A model generated the notes under the pieces. It saw only the letters and a program-made list of their open reading frames with translations, was not told the DNA's origin and ran no database searches. Positions 27,147 to 40,159 of a DNA stretch of 64,000 nucleotides are shown in pieces. The position numbers and the translations under genes were made by a program. The stretch comes from Phyllosticta citribraziliensis (lineage: Eukaryota), in the NCBI RefSeq assembly GCF_038025025.1, contig NW_027117338.1, positions 1,860,001 to 1,924,000 of the forward strand, read 5' to 3'. Numbering within the stretch: position 1 is the stretch's first letter; the number at the start of each line of letters is the position of its first letter.

Positions 27147-29377
27147 ATGAGGTCGGTCCTTTTGTTCGGCCGCCAATGCCTACACAACCATCTCCGTTCC
27201 AGCGCTTTGCGCGCCGCAAATGGTAGCGCGCGCCGTATCTTCACAACCTCCCGACCCTCTCCTTCCCGATTACTGCGGTACCTCCGTGCTCCACCCAAGA
27301 AAGCTGGACAAAGGATACTTCTCTGCGGAAGTCTTACTCCAGCGGCCTTTGTCGCCTTGCTGCAAGACGGCCATGACGACGATGAACGCACGGGAGAGCA
27401 GCTGATGCTCGAAGCCTCGCGGGCCGAGCTCAATGAGCAACTACCCCGAGCCCTACAGCACTCCAGAGGCTTCCGCAAAAAGGTCTATCTATTTGTGGAC
27501 AAGTACATCTGGGAGCCAATCGCAACGGGGTTTCGGCTTCTCCATTTGGTCATCATATTCGCCCCCGTAATATTGGCCGTACCCGTCATCTGGATCGGAA
27601 GACGCGTGCCAGACAGAGACAACGAGCGAACAGGAACCTTGTGGTGGTATGGGTTTCTGGTCAGAGGCATGGAGAGGGCGGGAGCAGCCTTCATAAAGGT
27701 AGGCATCGCGGCGTTTGACCCGAAACAAAGTTGCTGATCCAAGGTCATATAGCTCGGCCAGTGGGCAGCTTCTCGAACAGATATTTTCCCTACAGAAATG
27801 TGCAGCATAATGTCCTCTCTCCACTCCAATGCCCCAGCCCACTCCATGGTCAACACTAGAAAAATCGTTGAGCGAGCTTTTGACGGCCGAAAGTTTGAGG
27901 ACATCTTCGAGGAGTTTGACGAAAAGCCACTGGGGGTCGGTGCCATTGCTCAAGTCTACAAAGCAAAGCTCAAACCGAACCTGGCTACACCGACCGATCC
28001 CACCCTTGAAGAACCCCAGAATCTGCGAAGACAGCTGAGGAAAAATGTCGACGCAACTCTCAAAAGTATACCTCGCCGGGTGCCGTCTTCTCACGTGGCG
28101 GTCAAGGTCCTCCACCCATTTGTAGACAGGATCGTACGGCGCGACTTGCGAATAATGGCCTTCTTTGCGGCTATCATCAATGCCGTTCCGACAATGGAAT
28201 GGCTGTCGTTCCCTGACGAGGTCAAGCAGTTCGCAGAAATGATGAAACTACAACTCGACCTCCGGATTGAAGGCGCCAATTTGACAGTCTTCCGTCGCCA
28301 CTTCAAAGACAGAACGACTGCCTGGTTTCCATTTCCATACAACGAATATACCACCCGCCAGGTGCTCGTGGAAGAGTTCGCCCAAGGAATCCACCTCGAA
28401 GACTTTTTGGAAAATGGCGGTGGTGTATACCAAAAGGAAATCGCTGACGAGGGTCTCGACGCCTTTTTACACATGGTGCTGATTGACAATTTTATTCACG
28501 CCGATTTGCACCCGGGAAATATAATGGTGCGATTCTATAAACCACAGCAACCACAGGTGCCCTCGATCAGGCTGAAAAAGACGACCGAAACGATTGAAAA
28601 GTCCACCGACGTCACCGAGGAAGTTCTCCAACGCCTGCGGCCTTTGAGGAAGAACAAACAGGCTTGGACCGCACAGCTCGAAGAATTGGACGCAGAGGGT
28701 TATCGTCCCCAGCTGATTTTTATTGACACGGGGCTCGTGACGGAGCTGAATCATGTCAACCGGACCAACTTTCTCGATTTGTTCAAAGCTGTCGCAGAAT
28801 TCGACGGCTATAAGGCGGGCAAATTGATGGTGGAACGGTGCCGACAGCCAGATGCTGTCATCGACAAGGAGGTCTTTGCCCTGAAAATGCAACACCTCGT
28901 GCTTAGCGTCAAGAGTCGCACGTTTGCGCTAGGAAATATCAAGATCGGGGACATTTTGAATCAAGTGTTGACAATGGTTAGACAACATCACGTCAGACTA
29001 GAGGGCGATTTCGTCAATGTTGTTTTGAGCATTCTGTTGCTCGAGGGCATTGGCAGACACCTGGATCCAGATTTGGATCTCTTCGCAGGGTGAGTCGGAT
29101 GCTGGCAATCTGAAGGGACTGACCCGGATACTGATGAGATTGTCGCAGGGCCTTACCGATCCTGCGCCAGCTCGGTGCTAAGAGCAGCAAAGACCTCATG
29201 CGCGGTGCCGATTTCTCGATGCTCAAGGTGTGGGCAGGTCTCGAGGCTCGAAGTTTCCTTCGTGCCTCTGTGGAAAGGGTGAGTTGGCTCCGAGACAGGT
29301 TGCAACATGGCTTCGTGGCTAAACTTCAGCAGGTCGAGGCTTGCGTCAAATATGATATGCTGTCGCCCAACATTTGA
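27147..29377 (+). CDS. CQD1: Mitochondrial ABC1/UbiB atypical kinase (Cqd1/YPL109C/ADCK2-like), 4 exons
   Basis: Arg/Ser-rich targeting-like N-terminus; GAAFIK|LGQWAASRTDIFP (KxGQ), VAVKVLHP, NFIHADLHPGNI, IDTG; introns at 27699-27752, about 29090-29148 and about 29279-29331; ends KYDMLSPNI*. Family certain, orthology by recall. Confidence 0.85.
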
Positions 29378-29799
29378 ATTTAAAGAGGGTTTGGGAGCTT
29401 GGCGTGAGGAGACGAGCATTTGTTGTTATAGACAAGAATTCATGGCATCAATTACCAGTGTAGTTGCCTGTCGTGCATATTGATGCGATGCACGGATGTT
29501 GGGAGGCTACACAAAAGGGAGCGATGTGTCGCCACGCATTCCTGGTAGCCAAAGCCGCTGACGTCGTTTGTGGTCGGGCGCGCAACAAGTCCAACACCAC
29601 CAGGTCGAATGACTATCGCGAGGTAAGCTATTTCTGATGGCGGCCATGTCCAGCTGCACACGAGGGCTCAAGCGCCGCATGGCGGGCATCCATCATAAGC
29701 CCACGATCTGCTTGGCCAGCCTCGTGCCCGGTTGTGTGGTGCGCATGCATGCATCTCGGCTCTTTCCCTTTGCTTTGGTTTATTCAACTTTTCGCCATA

Positions 29800-32159
29800 A
29801 TGACGGACCAAGAAAGATCAACCACCTCCTTGTCCGCCAAATCCCCCGGCAAGCGCTTCATCGACCTTCTCCCCACCCCGGCTGTCTCCGACCCTACCAA
29901 AACCGACCAAGCAGAAATACTCAGCGACAAGCCTACCCTTTCGCATGCTCTAGCCATGGACAATCATGCCGCCGAAAAAGGCCTCGCGCAACAGGCCTTC
30001 CAGCGCCAACACGAAAAGGATATCATGGATTTGGGTTGGAATGAAAGTGAAGATGAGATTGCGGATCCGCTCGTTGGTGGATTGGAAAACGAAGAGCTGT
30101 GGCTGTTGGTCCGCAGGTTTAACAAGGTGAGGTTCTGCGCATTGTGACCTCGGAATGGCGCTGACTGGTAGTGCGTACAGCAAGTATACCATGTCAAGTC
30201 CTCACAACATCCAGCGCCAGGAAACCTGGACATGTACATTGCAGACGAGGAGAACTTCTCTCCAGACAAATTGCGGGCCAGCATCGAACGGTTATACATG
30301 ACAATTATCGTCGGAATCATGGCCGCTTGGAAACACATTGCGCGCATACGATCTTGGAGAGAGAGAAGAAGGACAGCATGCTTTTGCTTCGTAAGAAGGA
30401 CAGGAACTTGTACGCACTTTGAAATGCTGAGGATTCGCAGGCATACTACGCCGCATGGGCGTTCGACATGCTGGTCCCGTTACACGGCCTGACGCTCATA
30501 GGTCTGATTCTTTTTCCGCCATTGCGAGAAATGATGTTCCCACCGGCGCCAATGGCTCTCGTCGACGCGAAGACAGGGACCTTGCAGAAACCAGAGGCTG
30601 GCCTGCTGGGTAGCTACGACAGCGTGACAGGGGCCCCCGAGAACTACAAGGGCGAAGCTGTCGAGCAAGAAGCCAGGAATTTTGTTAACAGCATTGCTTC
30701 CATTGCGCTCAGCAGTGCCTCTGGGAAGCATTCGGAAAAGAATTCTCACTCTGACTCTGAAGATGAGAGTCCTCAGGATGCTACCCCGGATCCCACTGCG
30801 ATCGCTGTTGGCGCGGCGGACGCGAAGAGCAAGGCGTCTGGCGCAGTGCCGGCGGCCGATTACGACAAGACAAAGGTTCCAATGGACACTATGTTATGGA
30901 GAAACATGAGACCGACAATGTTCATCATTGCCAGTCTGACGGATGCGTGGGAGAGGGTAGCCAAGTACGTTTCTGACCCAGTCGATATCGTGGTGAACTG
31001 CAAAAGCTCATTGAGGGAACAGTGCTTTATCACCTACGCCGCCATTTCCAAGCGATACGTACCGGTTGAGACTGGCAGCACTGGTTGTTCCACCTCTTTC
31101 TGTATCGCTGTTTTTCAGCTCTTACATGTTTGCAAAGACAGTAACCTTTGGCATCGGGTTGCTCTTTTTTGGTCAGCCCATCATATCTCGTGCCGTATCT
31201 CGGCTCAACCGAAAATATCCACACTGGCAGAGGATCCTCGAGCTTCGCAAGTTAGTGGCCTACCATATTCAAAGGAGAACTCTGCTAAATCCTTCCTTTT
31301 TGACAGCACTGTACTCAAAGGCGTACCGACTAACGCCCAGCTCACGACAACACTGCTACGTATTGGCGAAGCGAACCATGCGCCACTGCCACCTCCGCCT
31401 CGCAGTACGTCTCCGCCCCCTATGGAGCCAGCGGCCCTCACCCCCGCTCACCTACGTGCCCTAGGCGACGACACCCCTCTCAATGCATCGCCCGAAGAGC
31501 TTGCATCAGCCATCTCTCCCGACCCAACAGCACCCAGTGACAACGCCACAACGGGTGCCGCAGACGTAGACGCCGCCAAAGCGCCCCGACACGGACACCG
31601 CGGGAGCAGGCTTCTCGGCTTTCTCAAAGGCACGACCAAGACGATCGTCGAGACGACCCTCAGCGCGGACAAGGTCAAGGCCAAGACAGGCTCGATGCGC
31701 GCCAAAGACCGTCTGGGCGCCGTGCCACCTCCAGGCCCGGAGCACCGGCGCAGCGGGCCCGTCGCCTTCAAGGCGCGATACTGCGGGCGCAAAGGCTTCG
31801 TCGTTCTGAAGCCGCAGAGCGACATGCAAGGGCCCGGCCCGGCGCCCGTCGTCGGCTTCGTGCTGGGCAAGGACGCGGCGGCCGCGTGCGAGGCCGAGGG
31901 TGTCGGGGGCGGCGCGTCGGGCCTCAAGGCGTCGTGGAGCCTGCCCGTGTCGCGCGTCGACGAGCTGCGCAAGGTCGGCGGCTTTGGCTGGAAGGCCAAG
32001 CTCGTCGTCGGATGGGCGCTGGAGAGGGAGGTGGCGGATGGACTCGAGATTGTCGAGCGCGAGACGGGCGCGAGGTGGAAGGTCACGGCTTGTCCGAGGA
32101 GGGACGAGCTGTTTAATCGGCTTGTAGCTGTTGGCGGGCAGCGGTGGGTGAGCATGTGA
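29800..32159 (+). CDS. DUF3292-family membrane protein, 5 exons
   Basis: DLGWN..PLVGGLENEELWLLVRRFNK|QVYHV, FSPDKLRASIERLYMT, LKGVPTNAQLT, ELRKVGGFGWKAKLVVGWAL, RRDELFNRLVAVGGQRW; introns 30127-30180, 30391-30440, 30965-31022, 31251-31306. Confidence 0.85.
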
Positions 32160-32771
32160 GAGCGGTTTTGCTTCTTCTTTTTGGTGTGGTCCTCCTCGAT
32201 GACGACGATTAGCGGGAACGACAACGACTGATGATCACGACAATTCATGACAGCGAAGACAGGTTTAGCCATGAGGTATGTGGTACGAACTTAGACAGTA
32301 TGATATGATAATTCAACAGTCAATGGTGGAACGAAATTACGTTGGTAGCGAGTATTCCAATACTCGGAGAAGTGGATAGAAGCAGTGCCAGGCGTGCGGC
32401 AACACGAAAGCAACGTTAGTGGTAGTCGGAGCCAAATTGAGAACGCATCAAACTTTTGGCTATTTTCGTATGGCCTTTTCTATCTTGTCATCCAAACCCA
32501 CTGCGCGCGTGCTTTGCCAATGCCGCAGCAGGAGGCATGTGGACATCAACGCAGGCTATCTTTTGATAAAGCTGGCTGGGGCAAGCTGGGTAACAGGTCG
32601 AAAATCATGAAAAGAAGGAACGGCGAGACGGCATCGCCCAACCGGGACGACGGCGAAAAGGGCAGTCGTAAGCAAAAGGCGTACATAGCATTTCGTAAAA
32701 CCCAAACATGTCCCAGAGCAATGAAGCTCAACACAGGCGCCGCAATCACTGCGTGCTTCTGATTTTCTCGC

Positions 32772-33714
32772 TCACGACTCCTCGGCACCGTCAGCGGCCA
32801 CCTCGGCCGCGTCGTTGGCCTCGACGGCTTCGACTTCCTCCAGGTCGTTCTCCTTGGGCACATCGGCCCCCTTGTGTGCTTTGGCCGCCTCCGCAGGGCC
32901 TCCCTTCTCCGCCGTATCGGCAGCGTCCTCGTCTTGAGCGTCCTCGTCAGCAGCCTCGGCCTCGGGTTCGCCGTTGCCTTCAGGCTCCTCAGGCTCGCCC
33001 TCAGATTCCCCTTCGCCGGGTGCTTCGGGATCCCCGTCTTCGTCCTCTACGCCATCTTCTTCGGTCGCGGGCGCCTTTGCGTCTTTATCCAATCTGCGCC
33101 TCTTGTTCTGAGGGACAGCTAATCGAGAAGCCGAGTCAGCAGACTGGCGCAAGACCGTCCAGATGATGGCCAGACGGCAGATCGCATAAAATCGCAGGTC
33201 ATTGGACACAACCTACCTTCTTTCTCTTCTTCCGACCCTTCCTCGTCTTCAAAGGAACCCTCGGAGTCTTCGTACCTGGCACGCGCGACCGGTCAGCCTT
33301 GCGGGAAATGGCTGTTGGAAAGGACGAGCGGAGCAAGCGAGGATGACGGCGACGAAGAAATGACGCATCGGGCAAAACGAATGAAAGGCGACGTGAAGCT
33401 TCAATTCCCATCCATGGTCGCAGGTGCAGACCGATGCTGCCGCCTGGCGCGACATTGGGTAGCTCCAGGATCTTGCCGTCGCTCGACGCAGCACCTCAAC
33501 GACCCGATGGGTAGAAAATCGAAGGCCATAGGGGTAGTCGCATGATGAAAGCGATGGCAATTGGCGACGGAACAGGGCGGCGCGACGTAATTGGGCAGTG
33601 ATGTCGACCGTGGACTTACTCCTCTTCTTCTTCTCCCTCGTCGTCGGAAGGAAGGGCAATGAGCTCCTCGTCCTCCTCGGCGTCTTGCTTCCTCTTGCGG
33701 GTGGCGGCAGACAT
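32772..33714 (-). CDS. Small, highly acidic, probably nuclear protein, 3 exons
   Basis: Exons 33714-33620, 33275-33217, 33118-32772 splice in frame: MSAATRKRKQDAEEDEELIALPSDDEGEEEEEYEDSEG..AVPQNKRRRLDKD..; two NLS-like basic patches. Confidence 0.85.
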
Positions 33715-33957
33715 GATGGGTAGAAGGTGCAGGAGTGGGGAGGTGGACGTGGTTGAATGTGAGAGGCGGATGGAGGAGAGGTGTCAGGGGAGAGATGTAG
33801 GTGTAAGCTGCGACGACGGGGCGGCAGCAAAAAAGACTGGGGGCTGGGGGCTGCGCGGAGATTGTTGGAGCAAGCCCAATTGGGGGAGGTCCAGCGTCCA
33901 GGTCCGGGGCTGGTGAGCGAGCAAGCTTGCAAGCTGGGGAGCTGGGGAGCTGCCGTG

Positions 33958-33985
33958 GGGACGTGGGACGTGGGACGAGGGACGA
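33958..33985. repeat. Tandem heptamer (GGGACGW)x4
   Basis: GGGACGT GGGACGT GGGACGA GGGACGA, about 245 bp upstream of the acidic-protein ATG. Confidence 0.9.
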
Positions 33986-34820
33986 GGGAGCTTGGGGACT
34001 CGCAGAGGCGGAACCCAAGCAAGGGATCGGTCGGCTGCCGCCCAACCACCGACCCGTACACCAGCGAATCCCTCGTACCAGTCGCCGTGCCGGCCCCTCT
34101 TCCTTGCCGTTCCTGTGTGCCTGTCTCGCCTCTCCTGACGTGCTGTGGTTTGGCCTCGACGGAGCTGCTCGGCTAGCAGTAGCCTCACCATGGTCGATTC
34201 TCGTTGTTTCCTCGATGGGCGCTTTGGCCGTCTTCGCAAGCCTTGAAAGTCAGGATATTCGTCCGGGAATTGTCCTCGAGGCTACCTTTGCAACCGAGAG
34301 TCTTGTAAGCACGCGCAGACGAGGGAAGCTGGCCAACGGGTGCCACTGGAACAGAAACGCTTTAGGGTTAGCCCGCTTGTCGTTGTCGAACCATCATGGC
34401 CGTGACATGGACACGCTTCAACCACAGGACAACATCGTCTTTGTCGGAGACGATTGGTCTTTTGCGCAGTTGTCCATCTTGGTGATGGATGGTCAAGTTC
34501 CTTGCGAGGAAGACGTGGACAGACGACATGGAAGCGACCGACGTGGGTGTGGCTTTGTAATGCACTGTTCTTTACCGCGGCCAGCCGGACGTTTGCCGTT
34601 TCAGGTCAAGCCATTACCGTCAATGTACCGACCTAACTATTGACTCTCAACCAGGAAACCACGAAGAACACTCCTTTAAAGGGTGAAGTGCCGGCTCCAT
34701 GGACAACCGACTGTCTCTTGCGGGGAGCGGGTGCAAAAGGCGTTTTCGTCAACACACGTACGGAATACGCTTCTCAGTCTATTCAACGTCATCTCTGTTC
34801 GGCACCTCCAGGCCAAAACC

Positions 34821-36003
34821 ATGTCAGCAGTCCAGTCTCCCAATGATGACCCAAACGGTCCTCCTCCACAGAGTCCAGAGCATTCTGAAGACGTACAGAA
34901 CTATCTTCCAGGAAGTCAAGTCTTCAGTTCCACCGGAGATGTCATCCTTGTACTTCAGGACGACTCGAGACTCCGAGTTCAAGCCTCCATTCTAAGGAAT
35001 GCTTCAGAAACCTTCAGGGCCATGCTCGGTCCTCATTTCAATGAAGGGCAAAACTTAAGCTGCGAGAATCCCAAGAGAATCCCACTGCCTGAGGACAATC
35101 CATCGGCCATGAAATTGCTCTGTGCAATTTTACACCATCGTTATGAGCCGGAAGAGACGCCTTCATTCAAGCTCATACAGGCACTTGCCGAAGCTGTCGA
35201 CAAGTATCTCTGTGTATCCTCCACGACAGCCATCACTACCATGTGGCTCCATGTCATCTTAGTCAGGGCTTCGGTATGGGACTTTGCACAACTCGTCGAG
35301 CTGCTTGCGGCCTCTTACTTGCTGAAAAGCGACTCGGCTTTCCATGAGACATCGAAGCACCTGGTCCTGAAATATAGCTCAACGCTCGCACTTGATTTTG
35401 ATCACGCAATGACGCGATTGCCTTGGAAATCCATTGGTAAGACTATTTTCTTCCTCTCTCACTCAAAAGAAAAGCCCTCGATGGCTAATATCAATGAAAG
35501 TCGCCATTGGAGAGCTCAAGAACATGTTCGAAACAGAAATTTACGACAGAGTTATCGCCATAGTTATCCCCTTCATGGATAAGCATCGCCAAAGAGTTTC
35601 CAAAAACTGCACCGCAGAAAACCCGACACTCTGCTGTCACCCCATGATGAATGTGCTCGCGAAGCCAAGATCTAAATTCATCCCTGCCAGGGGCCACAGC
35701 CTGGAGAGACACTTCGAGTACTTGTATGGCGACAGATTACAGGAGGATGGGGAGCCCGGAGAGACTCCTATCGAAACGGCTTTGAGCGCAAACCTATCGG
35801 CTCAGCAGATGTGCGAGGAGTGTCGATGGGAGGTCATAGATGTGCTTTCCGAATACTTGGAGAAGCTTGAGGAAAGATTGAGGCCTGACATCGATGAGAG
35901 GTCTGGCCTCTGTCTTGGCTGCACAGTCGAAAATGACAAAATGATAAACACGTGCTACAAAGGCAAGCATTTTTGGTCGTCAAAGAAGCAACGCACGAGC
36001 TAG
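34821..36003 (+). CDS. BTB/POZ-domain protein, 2 exons
   Basis: GDVILV..LRVQASILRNASETFRAMLGPHFNEG..IPLPEDNPSAMKLLCAILH..DKYLC; intron 35437-35500 joins the two ORFs; C-terminal GLCLGC. Confidence 0.88.
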
Positions 36004-36918
36004 AAGTTGTTTCAGGGATAGTTTTCGGCCAGGGAAGAATGCTCAGTCGACACGAAATCCGTGCCGTCAGAAGTTAGACGCATTTACAGGAAAGTTATCG
36101 ATATGGTTCCATTCCAGCGTCATCATTTTTCCCAGAGAAAATGCAACGGATTCAGGAAGACGTCGAAGAAGTGGGTTTGGCACAGAGCTTCTTCGACCTG
36201 TAAATATGTCAGTCCATACAATCATGCATACGATCAACAGAGAAATCTCCATCAAAAGCGCGCTGCATTGATCCATCGTTCAGCTCTACTGCAAACCTAC
36301 CGACCTTCAAGGCTTGATCACAAAAGTCGTGACACATAATGAAATCAGGGGCCAATCTGGGAGTATCATACGCTTGCCTCAACAGACACCTGACGGGAGC
36401 ATTCATGCCATCCTAGACCAGAGTACGTCTTCGGGAGCATTTAGGAGTCTAAGATAGTAACGATAGATAATATTCGAGCGCTGATGTGCAAACCCCCTGA
36501 GGACTACGTGTGTGATGACTTTCCCCATCAAGCCTCGCTCTGCATTGCCCTTTGCAAGCCAACTCAATGCTGCCAGAACCCGTAGAAGTGACCAGGAATC
36601 TGTAAATACACATCGAGGGAATGGCATTGCTGGTTTGGAAACACTTTCACAATCAACGCCCTGTGCCTATCACAAGGCGGGCCAATTAGTGCAGAAGCGC
36701 AGCCCTCCGCTTCTGTGCATCTTAAATAGCAAGATGCATAGCTTACATCGAATCATGCGTTCAAAACCACGCGTGAACCAGTACACCATGGGAAGAGACT
36801 CTCGGCGACATGCTTGTGGATTAAACTATGGTCACCGAACGGGTGCACATTCCAAACCAAGTCACCATTCATCCATCCGCCCGCTAAACGCCTCAAGCCC
36901 CGCGGTGACCACCTGGTA

Positions 36919-39391
36919 TTACCATGCATACGAGTTCCCCATATCGTGCTCCTACCCATCGCGTTAGCTATGTACTCATCGACGCACGAAGAGAAGAAAC
37001 GTACCTTGATGTAATCCGGACCCTTCTCCTGCCACTCTGCGCGAGTGACCCAGGCCTTCTTACTCTGCTCGCTGCCCGCCCACCTGGCGGCGCCCCTCCA
37101 AGCGTCGAGGACGGGGTCCTTTGCCTTGCGCACGACTAGCGGCGTGCCGACAGGCAAGCACGTGCGAAGCTCGTCGCGGACCCGCTCTTCGAAGCCCTTG
37201 AACAGTGTGTTGCCGCCCGTCAAGAAGACGTCCTTCAAGACGTCCTTCTGGCGCGGGTGGTCAGCCAGGCGTTCCGTCAGAATCGACGAGGCGATCTCGA
37301 TCAGGCCCGCCTGGTCGAGTCCCGCAATCGAAGGCTGGAACACAACTTCTGGGACGCGGATGCGCTCGACGTTGAGGTGTAGCTGGTGGACTTCGCGTTG
37401 GCTCTCGGGATCGAAAGGGTATGGGCCACGGGTAAAGGCGTGGACCAGACTTTTGGTCCAGTCCGTTTGCGCTTCGCGCGTGCTATCTTCTGTAAAATTG
37501 GGGTCGTGTTTGAGGAGCTGCGCTTCAACCGCCTTCAAAGCAGATTGGAGGTCTTCTTCTTCTTCATCGTCCGAGCCCTCGCCCGTTGCGATTGTGCGAT
37601 AGACTCCCCAGTCGGCGTCGTCGGCGCCAAAAGTGTCTTCATCTCCGCCGCGCCGACGCTTCTTGGTCGGATTGTCCGACGCGAGGTTTGCTATGGACTT
37701 CATCCGCATCTGAGCAGCGAGTGATTTGCGGTTACCGAGATCGGCCTTCAAGCGCTCGCGGTCTTTCATTTTTTGAATGATTGCCTATCCCTTGTTAGCT
37801 TCGTCGTCATGCCAAGTCTTCGATGGTTCTTACCGAGCGAGCTACTCTCCGCTCCTCTATCCACGTGTCGGGATCTTTCTCTCGCCTTTCATTGTCTAGC
37901 CGTTCCTCTTCAGCTTTCCTGGCTTTCTCCAACTCCTTCTCAGCCTTGGCACGTTGCCTTGCCTCGTGGTTGGATTTCATCAGCCGTTGCTGGCGCTTCT
38001 GCTTCAATTGCTCTTCATCCAGTTGATCGTCAGGGACTTCGAGAAGAGGGAATGTCGGAGCCTCGTTGTCTTCCCCCTCCACATCACCAACGTCCTTGTT
38101 TCGTGCCTTGCGAATAGACTTGTCCAGTTCCTTGACTCTCTTCTCCAACTGACCCTCGTCATCAAAGTCATCTGACTCGAGCATTCTTTTTGCCTCCTTC
38201 TTTGTGACATCTTGAAGCCTGACTTGCAATTCTTTGTAGTACTGCAGCTCTTGCTCCTTTTGTATTAGCTTCTCAAGACGCATCTTCGCAGCCTGCTCCT
38301 GCAATCTTCGACCGCTCTCCTTGCGCTTTTCGGCTGCTCTTGCTAACTCCTCTTCGGTCTTCTGGACGACCACTTGCTCAGTGTAGGGGAACTGGACAAC
38401 ATGATTCCTGTCTTCCAGCCCGGTCCAATCTAGGAATTTGCTGATCTCACTGCCATAATCTTGGCTCACGTAGCAGTGCTCCCTCACAAGATCCTCAGCC
38501 TGGATGTCCGTGAGCTTCCCAGGGAACATCGGGTATTTGAGCCGCAACAGCTTCTGCAGGAATTCGGCGCTTTGGTAACGTCCCCAATTGATTCGAGTTG
38601 CATGGGCCAACATGGCCTTGGACTCGATGACGGGTATTAGATGTGTGCTGGTGTGAGAAGAAGAGACGACCAGGCCATTGCGCCCATTGTTATAATTGTA
38701 TGAGAACAAGGAATCAATGCCGTAGGCGACTGACGGTGCACCGTAAAGCTCGAACAAGATCTCCGTCATTGCTACTTGGAGTCAGAATGGCCGTCTCAGC
38801 AGAGGTCAGGAAGTTGGACCACTCACTTCTCCTTGGATATGCCATGTTTGCGACAGGTTCTGTCATCAGTACCGGACGGTTGATGCCTCCGCTCGAGCCG
38901 TCCACGCCCAGTTTTGTGAAGACGTAGTCCAGAACGCCTTCCATCGCATCCCAATTGTTTATAATATTCGTTCCGGGCTCGTAGACGGGTTTCGACTGGC
39001 CGCGGGCGGTGCCATCTGCGTACACCTCGTTGCCAATGAATTGGAAGGTGGTATTGAGCTTGCGATCTCTATAACGCGCCATTTGAGGCGACACTTGGAG
39101 ACGAGGATTCTGATCGAAGGCCCATCCGGCGCGGACGGAGGAGGAACCTGAAGGAGTTGTCAGCAGCGCTCAACCAAGCCTCTAATCTGCCAGGGAACCA
39201 GAAAGGGTCGTCGATGAGGTCGGGCTTCTAGTACCATTGTCTATGACGATAGCCGTGCTTGAATTGCTGCGCTTGTACCCCTCTGTGTCCGCCTCACGGA
39301 TGCCTTCAAAGGGAGGCTCCTTGACACTCCAGACTCTCTTCGGCGTGGGTTTGGCGTCGCGCGCCGCATCGTTGGAACTTGGCTGGACCAT
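36919..39391 (-). CDS. ARP5: Actin-related protein 5, INO80 complex subunit, 5 exons
   Basis: IVIDNG|SSSVRAGW, VLMTEP, ILFELYGAPSVAYGIDSLFS, KRKESGRRLQEQAAKMRLEKL insertion, RKSLAAQMRMKSIANLA, LNVERIRVPEVVFQP, FLTGGN; exons 39391-39235, 39147-38827, 38771-37834, 37783-37005, 36951-36919. Confidence 0.96.
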
Positions 39392-40055
39392 GGCGGAGGA
39401 CGCAGGGGACGGGCGACACGTTATCGAAGGACAAAGATCATGGGCTTGTCGAAGGGATGCGGGATGAGCAGAGAAACTCGAAGATTGATCGGTAGTTGTA
39501 GTGTGGTGAATTGGTTCGAAGTATCGCAAGCTAAAGTCCGGAGCTGCTCCACAAGCTGCGGCGATCGCTAAAGCTGGAACCGTGGTCCAAGCGCCTCTGT
39601 TGTCACTGAGAGCCATTCGCATGAAAATCCCCAACGCCGTCCAAGTCCCTTCATCTACACTGTCGGGAATCCTTGCATTCAACAGCCGCTGTCTCCCTTC
39701 ATCTTGTGCCGAAAGCTCTCCCACTACGCGGGCTCCTTCAGGCTGTCCGTTGCTGCCAAGTGCATGAGTTCACGAATGCTTGGTTACTGAAGATGTCGAA
39801 AACATACCCTCGAGATGGAAAAGAACGTTTGACTGGTAGTTCTTGAACATCTGAGCAACGAGCTCGACATTCATATTCTGAATGTTGATTTCCTGGGGTT
39901 GAAATTAGCAGACAGCGGCGTTTGCGATCCCGTCTGGCACATTACCTGCAGCTGCTTGTTTAGGACCATTACGGCCTCGTTGAGCTTCTCCTATAGTGGT
40001 ATATCAGTCTGCATACGCAAGTGAGTATAATGTCTGCAGATTACGCACAACATTG

Positions 40056-40159
40056 GTGATGATGCGGCCGAGAAGAAGACTTTGTTGATGCTCGTGAGGG
40101 CTCTCCTGTTCCGAGAATCAGCATCATCACCGCTGTGACTGCAGCGTCTAGAGCTCTGA
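40056..40159 (+). ncRNA. Candidate intronic box C/D snoRNA-like element
   Basis: Box C GTGATGA 40056-40062 and box D CTGA 40156-40159 inside a putative intron 40021(GTGAGT)-40249(CAG) with CTGAC branch at 40220. No rRNA target identified. Confidence 0.35.

Noticed and set aside
34362..34371. TTAGGGTTAG (CTAACCCTAA on the minus strand), resembling a telomerase RNA template
   Set aside because: A single 10-mer has about a 0.1 chance of occurring in this window. I saw no pseudoknot or CR4/5 motif, and only about 650 bp separate it from the next minus-strand CDS. An Infernal search with a Pezizomycotina TER model would settle it.
39709..40000. GAAAGCTCTCCC (RNase MRP CR-I-like) and TAGGACCATT (U3 box A-like)
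   Set aside because: No downstream CR-V partner for P4, and the U3 similarity stops after 10 nt.
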